Part shown: positions 20,017 through 27,588 of the stretch, piece after piece
How positions within the stretch are numbered: the stretch's first letter is position 1
How the letters are laid out: each line of letters begins with the position of its first letter
Source of the DNA: Verrucomicrobiia bacterium
GTDB taxonomy: Bacteria; Verrucomicrobiota; Verrucomicrobiia; Limisphaerales; UBA1319
DNA length: 64,000 nt
NCBI GenBank assembly: GCA_963664225.1
Contig: OY760937.1
Coordinates: 1,024,001-1,088,000 of the forward strand
Direction: 5' to 3'
Translations under genes and position numbers: made by a program
The notes under the pieces: generated by a model
Databases searched by the model: none
The model's input: the letters and a program-made list of their open reading frames with translations, nothing else
Told to the model about the DNA's origin: nothing

Positions 20017-20967
20017 TCATGATGGCACGGGCAGTTTTTTCAACAATTCCTCCACAACGCCTCGGGCGGTGATTCCCGAGAAACGTGCCTGGGGCTCCAT
20101 CACCATACGGTGGGCCATGACCGGAACCGCGATCTCCTGGATCAGGTCCGGCGTTACAAAATCGACCCCGTCAAACAGGGCCAGTGCCTGGGCGGTTTTC
20201 ATCAGTGACAGGGAGGCGCGCGGGCTGGCTCCCAATTGCACGCCGGGAAACTTGCGGGTGGCGCCCGTCAAATCCACGATATACCGGCGCAGTTCTTCGC
20301 TGACCCGGATGCTTTTCACGGCCCGCTTCAGAGCCGAGACCTCGTCCGCAGTGGCGCATGGGGCGAGTGTCTCGATGGGTGGCTGATTTTCATGGGAATC
20401 AAGGATGCCCACCTCCTGTTCCGGTGAAACATAACCGAGGCTGAATTGCATGGCAAAACGGTCCATCTGGGCCTCGGGCAGGGGATAGGTGCCCCGAAAT
20501 TCGATCGGATTCTGCGTGGCGATGACCAGGAAGAGGGGTGGCAAGGGACGGCGCTCGCCATCCACGCTGACCTGGTTTTCGCCCATGGCCTCCAGCAATG
20601 CGGACTGGGTTCGTGGTGAGGCGCGATTGATTTCGTCGGCCAGCAGGATGTTGGTGAAGATGGGGCCTTCGTGAAAATAAAAAACCTGCTCTTTTTGATT
20701 GAACGTGGAAACGCCCAGGATATCCGAGGGCAGCAAATCGGGCGTGAACTGCAGGCGTTTGAAACCCGCATCGATGGATCGGGCAAGCGCCTTTGCCAGT
20801 GTTGTTTTGCCCGTTCCAGGAAAATCCTCCAGCAAAACGTGGCCATCACTGGCAAAGGCGGCCAGCAGACGGCGAATGGAGGCCGACTGGCCGCGCATGA
20901 CCCGTGCGATATTGGCGCTGATTCTCGTATGGATTTCCCGGGCGTGCGCAATATGTTCCTGCAGCAT
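20017..20967 (-). CDS. moxR: MoxR-family AAA+ ATPase
   Basis: HVLLEDFPGTGKT, QFTPDLLPSD, LADEINRASPRTQSALLEAM, ATQNP, LPEAQMDRF; probable start MLQEH at 20967. Confidence 0.92.
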   Translation of the reverse strand: MLQEHIAHAREIHTRISANIARVMRGQSASIRRLLAAFASDGHVLLEDFPGTGKTTLAKALARSIDAGFKRLQFTPDLLPSDILGVSTFNQKEQVFYFHEGPIFTNILLADEINRASPRTQSALLEAMGENQVSVDGERRPLPPLFLVIATQNPIEFRGTYPLPEAQMDRFAMQFSLGYVSPEQEVGILDSHENQPPIETLAPCATADEVSALKRAVKSIRVSEELRRYIVDLTGATRKFPGVQLGASPRASLSLMKTAQALALFDGVDFVTPDLIQEIAVPVMAHRMVMEPQARFSGITARGVVEELLKKLPVPS

Positions 20968-20982
20968 GTGTGCTGCCAATCT

Positions 20983-21010
20983 TGCCTGAATTGTCATTTT
21001 TATAAACACT
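20983..21010 (+). repeat. Putative attL: core TGCCTGA plus element arm ATTGTCATTTTTATAAACACT
   Basis: Core shared with 27582-27588; the arm's reverse complement AGTGTTTATAAAAATGACAAT resembles the right-end arm. Confidence 0.7.
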
Positions 21011-21020
21011 TGTCATTACA

Positions 21021-21191
21021 ATGGATACAAAATCCATGAAAGACTTCCCGACTCCGTTCATCCTTATGGTTCAAGTCAAAAGTGTCAACACTCCACACCA
21101 TCCAAAACTTGACCGTGTTTATGGGGTCAATATTCGTCTGGGGATACGAACACACAGACCACACACCAAAACGTCGCCACAGACCGTTTAA
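21021..21191 (+). CDS. Possible 56-aa ORF (MDTKSMKDFP...SPQTV); may instead be non-coding
   Basis: Open frame read by hand, below the ORF-track cutoff; no clear RBS. Confidence 0.25.
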   Translation: MDTKSMKDFPTPFILMVQVKSVNTPHHPKLDRVYGVNIRLGIRTHRPHTKTSPQTV

Positions 21192-21199
21192 ACGCAAAG
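21182..21199 (+). repeat. 18-bp direct repeat, copy 1 (GACCGTTTAAACGCAAAG)
   Basis: Exact match to 24053-24070; contains the palindrome CGTTTAAACG. Confidence 0.85.
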
Positions 21200-21277
21200 A
21201 ATCCACACCATAGGATTTACATTGAACGTGTGTTTGGTATATCTCCTACAAAATCAGACAACATAAAAGGAAATCGT

Positions 21278-21679
21278 ATGAATGAAACATCACTCAAAAA
21301 CATTGAAGGATTGGAAGAAAAGATAAGAAAGGAATTGGAACCACTGAAGAAAGATTTGGAAAACATATTTAAAGACGGGGTGTCATTATACACCACGATA
21401 AAGAAATACGAACCCGATTTTGACATTAAGGGTTTATTGAAACGTTTTGACAAGAAAGCTGGAAGTGGAAACACCAAATCCGAAAAGATTACAGTGTCAA
21501 TCTCAAGGATACTTCCATCCAAAGGAATGAAGGAATCGGAAATCATATCTTCATTGAAACACTTAAAAGACAAAACTCCAGAAGATATATCCAAAGCATT
21601 GAACAAAGTGAAAACAAAAGCTGGTTCAAAGGATTCGTTTATTTATAAAGATGGGTTGTTCTTTTCCAAACCGAAGTGA
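21278..21679 (+). CDS. Lys-rich small protein: N-terminal coiled coil plus putative C-terminal winged-helix DNA-binding domain
   Basis: RBS-like AAAGGAA before ATG 21278; LEEKIRKELEPLKKDLE heptads; helical basic C-terminus ending in the FIYKDGLFF hairpin. Confidence 0.55.
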   Translation: MNETSLKNIEGLEEKIRKELEPLKKDLENIFKDGVSLYTTIKKYEPDFDIKGLLKRFDKKAGSGNTKSEKITVSISRILPSKGMKESEIISSLKHLKDKTPEDISKALNKVKTKAGSKDSFIYKDGLFFSKPK

Positions 21680-21859
21680 TATTATAAAATACAATACGTA
21701 TCCCCATATATACATTTTGTCCACATAATCCACCACTATATGGAAGGGATAAAGAAGTATAGGAATAGAATTACTATGTTTGGATAAAGATAATACCACG
21801 TTTAGACCACTTTATTGATATGTATAAAGTGTAAATGTAGTGATTTACAAAGTGCTCAA

Positions 21860-21895
21860 ACCCTTCATCAGATTATACTGATGAAGGGTCTTTTT
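21860..21895 (+). terminator. Intrinsic terminator
   Basis: 12-bp perfect stem ACCCTTCATCAG-attata-CTGATGAAGGGT followed by CTTTTT. Confidence 0.8.
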
Positions 21896-21984
21896 ATGTC
21901 ATAATAAGAACATAGAATAACCCCTTTAATTATATTTCGTTTAATTCAGTCGTTTATACTTCTACACGTATATGTATTGTGTAT

Positions 21985-22161
21985 ATGACAAATACAAATC
22001 ATAAACTAAAGTGGACACAAACCTATAGACGGAAACTTTCTGGAATGGGTTATAAGTGGTTGACGATTCAATTACCCCCTGAAGTCAGATTAAAGATAAT
22101 GGAATATAAAGACAATCTGATGTTAGAATATTTCCTCAAACACCCCGACAAGAAAATATAA
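21985..22161 (+). CDS. Small putative ribbon-helix-helix/CopG-like DNA-binding protein
   Basis: YRRKLSGMGYKWLTIQLPPEVRLKI resembles RHH/DUF3018-like proteins; ends 5 nt upstream of the polymerase-like gene. Confidence 0.45.
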   Translation: MTNTNHKLKWTQTYRRKLSGMGYKWLTIQLPPEVRLKIMEYKDNLMLEYFLKHPDKKI

Positions 22162-22166
22162 TCACT

Positions 22167-23396
22167 ATGACAAATCACTACTTTTACTACAAAGAACAAA
22201 CCCCGTGTGGTTTAAATACCATTCTTATTTCAAATCCATTCCTCAAGGAAAACTTCAAATGTATTCCTTCGGTTATTAATCTACTTAGAATAATCGGATT
22301 TTGGAACAACATGGATAAAGATAAAGACAACTGGTCATCCATAACATCCAATTATTTTAAAAATCGGTTCGGTAATCTTTACACTCAAATCATTCATTCG
22401 TTGGTTGAATTGGAATTATTGAAAGTGTCTTATTATTGTAGAAAGAAACACACATACGGAAAAGACGATAATGGGGAATGTTTTTCCTATAAGATAACCG
22501 ATAAATGTTATTCGTTGTTATCTCAAAATGAAACTGAATACCTTTACAGATTATTTACAGACCCAAAGGAAATCAGAAAAAACCAAAAAAGAATTAGTCG
22601 AAGTGGATTTAATAAAGTCATCTATGACGACATAAGAAACGACATTAAACAAATGTTGGATGGTATTGATTTGGATTTTAACGAACTATTGGACACTCTG
22701 ACAACGTTGACAAATGGGAAAAGATTTACTGCGTTGTATTGTATTCGGAATATAAAAGAAAAACGATACACTGAATTAAAACACAACACTTCAGACAATC
22801 GAATTGCTACCCCATATACCGCACTTCCAAAGGAAATCAGACATCTTCTAACAGTCAATGGAAAGAAACCCGTCATCACTATAGACGTTCGGTCATGTCA
22901 TCCATCCTTATTCGCAAAGTATATCTCAGAACTATTCCCCACAGATGAAACCTTAAACGCTGAAGTGGAAAAGTGGAATGGTATATTCTTATCTCAAAAC
23001 GACCCAAAAACGTATTTATCAAATCTATTGAATATTCCCAGAACAGAAATCAAAGAAATAATGTTAGAATACTTCAATGGTCAATGGTTAAAGAATAAAC
23101 ACTTCAGAAAGTTTAATTATTGGTTATCTTCTAACTTTCCACAATTGTATAAAAGATGGAAGACAACGAATATAAAACAAACTGGGGTGAATCTATCAAA
23201 GAAATATGAAACCAAGATTATGTTGGACCCGTTGTTGTTCAAACAATGTAAAGTATTAGGATTTACAATAGGACAAGAATACGATGGGTTTACGTTGTTC
23301 GGTGATAACTCAAAGAATGTGGATGAAGTCATTTCATTTCTCAAACAAAGAACAAATGAACTATTAGATATGGATTTAATATATTCAGTGAATTAA
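22167..23396 (+). CDS. Winged-helix plus minimal family-A DNA polymerase / T7-RNAP-like protein (putative Rep/primase)
   Basis: DNRIATPY, motif A IDVRSCHP, motif B RTEIKEIMLEYFNG, motif C QEYDG; N-terminal YTQIIHSLVELELL...Y..GECFSYKIT looks wHTH-like. Confidence 0.6.
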   Translation: MTNHYFYYKEQTPCGLNTILISNPFLKENFKCIPSVINLLRIIGFWNNMDKDKDNWSSITSNYFKNRFGNLYTQIIHSLVELELLKVSYYCRKKHTYGKDDNGECFSYKITDKCYSLLSQNETEYLYRLFTDPKEIRKNQKRISRSGFNKVIYDDIRNDIKQMLDGIDLDFNELLDTLTTLTNGKRFTALYCIRNIKEKRYTELKHNTSDNRIATPYTALPKEIRHLLTVNGKKPVITIDVRSCHPSLFAKYISELFPTDETLNAEVEKWNGIFLSQNDPKTYLSNLLNIPRTEIKEIMLEYFNGQWLKNKHFRKFNYWLSSNFPQLYKRWKTTNIKQTGVNLSKKYETKIMLDPLLFKQCKVLGFTIGQEYDGFTLFGDNSKNVDEVISFLKQRTNELLDMDLIYSVN

Positions 23397-23654
23397 AGTT
23401 TTCGGTATTCCTTCTTTTCTTCTATTCACTTATTTTATTTAAAAGGTTTCTTGTGTACACTAATAAATTAAAAAACAATAAAAAAGCATTTATATAACTT
23501 TGAATGTAATGAAAAGCAATACGAAGTATTAGTGAATATAGATATACTATCTTATAATAATTCCAAGTCAACATATAAATAATATAATCAGTTATTTTAA
23601 TTTACCCCGAATATATTTCATCGCTTGGATATTGGTATCGGTATTTATTCTATT

Positions 23655-23852
23655 ATGACAAAAGAACAAATCATAGAACGACTGATAGAACGGGCAAAAC
23701 ACGACAATATTGATACATCCTTAATGTTCTCCACGCTAAATAATGTTGTGTCATTAAGACAAATTATAAAAATGACAGACCAATACGAAGTCGTATTAGA
23801 TAACGGTCATTTAGGATATATCTGTGGGGATATGATAATGATAACAGATTAG
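23655..23852 (+). CDS. Hypothetical 65-aa protein
   Basis: Open frame MTKEQIIERL...; C-terminal YEVVLDNGHLGYI beta hairpin. Confidence 0.5.
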   Translation: MTKEQIIERLIERAKHDNIDTSLMFSTLNNVVSLRQIIKMTDQYEVVLDNGHLGYICGDMIMITD

Positions 23853-23876
23853 ATAAGACAAAGGATTATATAAAAT

Positions 23877-24011
23877 ATGAATGATACCACACAATCAGAT
23901 ACAATCAGTCAAACGATAACAGACACAATCCATTCATTTTATCAATCGCTCCAAAGGATTAGACAACACAGACGATTTATAGAAAGTCTTTACGACAACA
24001 CAGACCCTTAA
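23877..24011 (+). CDS. Possible 44-aa ORF (MNDTTQSDT...YDNTDP)
   Basis: Read by hand; AAGGA upstream; follows the previous ORF in the same orientation. Confidence 0.35.
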   Translation: MNDTTQSDTISQTITDTIHSFYQSLQRIRQHRRFIESLYDNTDP

Positions 24012-24052
24012 AGACCCACAATGTATCCATTCAATCGTCATCATTCGCCTAC

Positions 24053-24070
24053 GACCGTTTAAACGCAAAG
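24053..24070 (+). repeat. 18-bp direct repeat, copy 2 (GACCGTTTAAACGCAAAG)
   Basis: Exact match to 21182-21199. Confidence 0.85.
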
Positions 24071-24606
24071 GGGATGTATTCTATTGTGTCTATATACCCC
24101 AACGCAGAAAGTATCCTTACGTATATACGTTGACCGCAGGGTTCCGTTATTCCGACCCGTAGATATTTGTAAGGTTTCCCGACACTTCACAAACATATAC
24201 GTTAGTATTCATCCAAATACTGACCGTTTTAGTGGATATTTGACCACGTATTCACGTCTTTTATAACAAATAGAACCCATTTAAACACGTTATCCACCCC
24301 ATACCCTTTGTTATTTGGTCATTTATTCTATTATTTGATTTTATATTCTGTGATGAAAATGGATAATATCACACACAATTTATAATTTATCACAGACTCC
24401 GCCGTTAAATGTAATTAGATAATATTTATAAAGTGTATATTACACATTCCCCCTTTCATACCGTTTGACCGGGGGATTTTTATTTTCGATATTCGTGTAG
24501 TATTTCCGTTGTATTGTCTAATGACTTCATATTTATACAATGATGATAATAACGTCATCATAAATCGGTACAACAAAATCCGATAGTAATAGAAAGAATA
24601 CATTTT

Positions 24607-25653
24607 ATGTCAATCTCCACAACGTTCAAAAGGGTCGGTTCAAGAATCAAAGAATCATTTATTTCAAAACCAAGACAGTGTGATGCTGTGGTTAAAGTAA
24701 ATAAAATGGTGGATAGAATAAATGAATTACAGTCAAGTGATTTACCAAAATCCACATTAGAAGGAACATTTCAGAAAAACATTACTTTAGTAAAACGTAA
24801 AATAGTTGAATTAGAAAATGACCCAAGTATAACGATGGATAATGTTATTGAAAAAACGTTAAATCGGTATGGATATAAAACCCCTAACGTCAATTCAAAC
24901 ATAACCGTTCAAGATGTTATTTCAAATGTTCAATCAAAGGAACAAGCTATGAATATAATTCAATCTCCACACAATATAATTTCCAATGAAGAAAAGACTG
25001 AAGCTATCAATGTTATAAATAATTCAGACCTTCCCGATAAAGTGTCAATTCAGAAGGAACAAACAAAGAAAACATTCATCTTTAAAACCTCCCCGTATTC
25101 TAATAAAGAAAACGCATTATACGATTTAAGAAAACAACTGTTCACTCAAACAATTACATGGGATGAATTTGAACAAGGGAAAACTCAGATTGATAACAGT
25201 AATCTTCCAAGTCGTAATTCAATCGCAACTGATATGGTGGAAGTGAAACAAGACGACACACCAAAGTTTAGTTCGGTTCAACCCCATTACTTCGTCAAAT
25301 ACGGTTATTATTTATTATATGATGGTGGGGTATGTTATTTACAGACCGATTTAAATTATAACATCCCAGTTGAATTGATTAAATTGACCGAATCTTTACC
25401 TTCGCCGTGTTCAATATCAATGATTAACGACACACAAGGAACAAGTCGGACAAATCAAAACTGCTTCTCAAAATACAGACACATGACACAAACGGAATAC
25501 AACGATTTGGTTAAACAAAATCTTCCAATTGATGATATTCTAAAAGTGTATCAAAGACGACAAAGCCCGACAACGGGTTTTGGTGGTGGATTAGGTGATA
25601 ACAGACTTAAAAAGGTATTGTTAAATATTACGAATTCAATCCCAGTATTTTAA
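24607..25653 (+). CDS. Hypothetical 348-aa cargo protein of the element
   Basis: Long ORF in AT-rich DNA; no motif recognised. Confidence 0.75.
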   Translation: MSISTTFKRVGSRIKESFISKPRQCDAVVKVNKMVDRINELQSSDLPKSTLEGTFQKNITLVKRKIVELENDPSITMDNVIEKTLNRYGYKTPNVNSNITVQDVISNVQSKEQAMNIIQSPHNIISNEEKTEAINVINNSDLPDKVSIQKEQTKKTFIFKTSPYSNKENALYDLRKQLFTQTITWDEFEQGKTQIDNSNLPSRNSIATDMVEVKQDDTPKFSSVQPHYFVKYGYYLLYDGGVCYLQTDLNYNIPVELIKLTESLPSPCSISMINDTQGTSRTNQNCFSKYRHMTQTEYNDLVKQNLPIDDILKVYQRRQSPTTGFGGGLGDNRLKKVLLNITNSIPVF

Positions 25654-25657
25654 TCTT

Positions 25658-25858
25658 ATGGATATTATAACTGATAGACGATTACGAAGTTTCTTAAATG
25701 GTATGGGTATATCCCGTTCTCAGATGTTAAGAAAGGGTATATCTTTTGACACTGTGATTATATTATATAATCAAATGAATCAATATCCAACGAATTCAGT
25801 TGAATATTACAATATGGAACGACACATTAGAAATTATTGTAATACTGGATTGACTTAA
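25658..25858 (+). CDS. Hypothetical 66-aa protein
   Basis: Starts 4 nt after the previous stop codon. Confidence 0.55.
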   Translation: MDIITDRRLRSFLNGMGISRSQMLRKGISFDTVIILYNQMNQYPTNSVEYYNMERHIRNYCNTGLT

Positions 25859-25902
25859 AACAATTTCCTCAAATAGGTCACGACCAAACTGTTTTTGGTA
25901 TG

Positions 25903-25931
25903 TTGACATCACATTTAAAGATGTGAATAAT
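25903..25931 (+). promoter_or_regulatory. Sigma70-like promoter with a palindromic operator in the spacer
   Basis: TTGACA-N17-AATAAT; the spacer contains TCACAT-ttaaag-ATGTGA. Confidence 0.5.
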
Positions 25932-25935
25932 TCAT

Positions 25936-26015
25936 ACCGTAGGTTCTTCGACGTTATCTCCTACGGTTATATAAAGAAAAGGACCGTGGGTCTTGTTCCC
26001 TACGGTCTTTTTTTT
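25936..26015 (+). ncRNA. Candidate ~80-nt two-hairpin small RNA
   Basis: Promoter immediately upstream; hairpin ACCGTAGG/CCTACGGT, then the related hairpin GACCGTGGG/CCTACGGTC and T8; no ORF. Confidence 0.4.
25977..26015. terminator. Bidirectional intrinsic terminator between the cargo operon and the recombinase
   Basis: AAAAGGACCGTGGG-loop-CCTACGGTCTTTTTTTT. Confidence 0.8.
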
Positions 26016-26048
26016 GTTGGATTGGATTGGATGGATTAGAACACCAAT

Positions 26049-27545
26049 TTAGTCTCCAACATAGATTTTATTAGATGTTTTCCCATTTGTCAGTTCAACC
26101 CAATATTCGTTTGAATTGAAATCGCAGACAATTCGTTTGATTAAAAAGTTAATTGGTTCCAATAGTTGTTTCCTCACGTCATCATTCTTTAGTTTGGTCT
26201 CCATGTCAGACAGACAGTCAGTCAACGCTCCATCGTCATCACCCTTTAGAACGGTCTGTAGAATGTTTAAACCGTGCTTTAATTGGTTTGGTGAATGTAT
26301 GGAAGATTGTTTAATCAATAGTTCATCGTCAATTTCCTTCATTCGTTTCTGTGCCTTGGTCAATTTGGTTCTCAATACATCCATTCCGATATCCTGAAGT
26401 GATAATAACTTTTCAACCTCCATGTGAAGGGTAAAGTGTTCGGCCTGTAAGTGTCTAACAGATTCAACCAATGATTTATCCATGTCAGAAATCAAATCGT
26501 CTGTGGTGGATTCAAGAACCATTGATAACAATGTCTCCTCAAACAACTTCGCCCGAAAGTGGGTTACTTGGTCACAACTCCCTTGGTGTTTCCCTTTACA
26601 ATAGAAATACCGTGTGAAAATCTTATTCGATGTCGTTACGACTGATTTACCACAATGGGAACAAAATAATTTACCACGTAGAAAGTTTGTCAGTAGTGGT
26701 CTTTTACCTTGTTTGGGGGCATTTTTAATTAGAAGAAATTGAACACGGTTGAATTGAACGTCTGAAATAATCCTTGGGAAATACCCTTTCACCCCTTTAA
26801 ACTCGCCCATCGTCTGTCTGGCCGTAAGAAGATTCTTAACATACGCTGGGGCCCAAAACTTCGCACGGGCAAATGTCTTATAACCCTTTAGATTTAGTTG
26901 TTGTGTCGTCTGATAAATCGATTTCAGTTTTTCGTATTCGTCAAAAACATATTTAACTGTCTTGGAATTATCGTTCAAAACATAACGTTCGTTTTCCTTA
27001 TCCCAATCAAAATAGTGTGGGCAACAATCATACATCCAAACTTGTTTTCCACTCAACGCACTTTCACGTTTCCTTTTCTTCGCTGACGCAACCCTTGAAC
27101 CAAGTGTTTTTGAATATTGATTCGCTCCAACAAACGCCATTAACATTTTCAAGATTGTGGTTATGGGGTCTGATTTGACCTTTTCAGTGGTATAAAAGTC
27201 ATTCTCAAGAAACGAATAAACTTGAACCCCTTTTTTTAATAATGACAAGAAAATGGGTAAAACATCATCCACGTCATTACGACTGAATCGGTCTAATTTT
27301 TCCACAATCAAAACACAAGGGGTTTGAATGAAACCCATATCCACCTTTTTTATAAACCCACCAAGGATTGACGAATGGTTTAGGTTTTTTCCGTGATACG
27401 CAGAAACACCACGTTCGGGGGGTAAATCGATAAGATTCCATCCCCTATCCCTACAGATGGTTCTCGCCAGTTCCGTTTGACGTAAAAAGGAATCACCATC
27501 CGTTTGTTTTTTCGAACTCCAACGAACATAAGAATAAGCATTCAT
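26049..27545 (-). CDS. Large serine recombinase (resolvase, recombinase, zinc ribbon and coiled-coil domains)
   Basis: AYSYVRWSSKKQ..GDSFLRQ catalytic Ser motif, LIVEKLDRFSR, FPRIIS..QFNRVQ, CSHCG...YFYC...C zinc ribbon. Confidence 0.93.
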   Translation of the reverse strand: MNAYSYVRWSSKKQTDGDSFLRQTELARTICRDRGWNLIDLPPERGVSAYHGKNLNHSSILGGFIKKVDMGFIQTPCVLIVEKLDRFSRNDVDDVLPIFLSLLKKGVQVYSFLENDFYTTEKVKSDPITTILKMLMAFVGANQYSKTLGSRVASAKKRKRESALSGKQVWMYDCCPHYFDWDKENERYVLNDNSKTVKYVFDEYEKLKSIYQTTQQLNLKGYKTFARAKFWAPAYVKNLLTARQTMGEFKGVKGYFPRIISDVQFNRVQFLLIKNAPKQGKRPLLTNFLRGKLFCSHCGKSVVTTSNKIFTRYFYCKGKHQGSCDQVTHFRAKLFEETLLSMVLESTTDDLISDMDKSLVESVRHLQAEHFTLHMEVEKLLSLQDIGMDVLRTKLTKAQKRMKEIDDELLIKQSSIHSPNQLKHGLNILQTVLKGDDDGALTDCLSDMETKLKNDDVRKQLLEPINFLIKRIVCDFNSNEYWVELTNGKTSNKIYVGD

Positions 27546-27560
27546 AAGTCGTTATCTTAC

Positions 27561-27588
27561 AGTGTAGGATGAAAAATACAATGCCTGA
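27561..27588 (+). repeat. Putative attR: element arm AGTGTAGGATGAAAAATACAA plus core TGCCTGA
   Basis: Core shared with 20983-20989; the arm is an imperfect inverted repeat of the left arm. Confidence 0.7.

Larger units (their letters stand above)
20983..27588. mobile_element. AT-rich integrative element mobilised by a large serine recombinase
   Basis: Abrupt drop in GC content; terminal recombinase gene; direct repeat TGCCTGA(a/t)TTG at 20983 and 27582; inner flanks form inverted repeats when joined. Confidence 0.85.

Noticed and set aside
20968..21009. N-terminal extension of MoxR (MFIKMTIQARLAAH) in the ORF track
   Set aside because: It runs across the att core into AT-rich element DNA; ATG 20967 gives a normal-length MoxR
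22167..23396. Reverse transcriptase / retron interpretation of the polymerase-like ORF plus nearby hairpins
   Set aside because: No Y/FxDD motif or RT domain pattern; the motif order fits superfamily A instead
24021..24062. 13-aa ORF MYPFNRHHSPTTV ending like the 56-aa ORF (SPQTV)
   Set aside because: The similarity is explained by the shared DNA repeat; too short to support as coding
21000..26050. CRISPR or other regularly spaced repeat array in the island
   Set aside because: The 18-bp repeat has only two copies, 2.9 kb apart; no periodic repeat-spacer pattern or cas genes seen anywhere in the window
20983..27588. Prophage or ICE
   Set aside because: Too small, with no recognisable structural, packaging, lysis or conjugation genes
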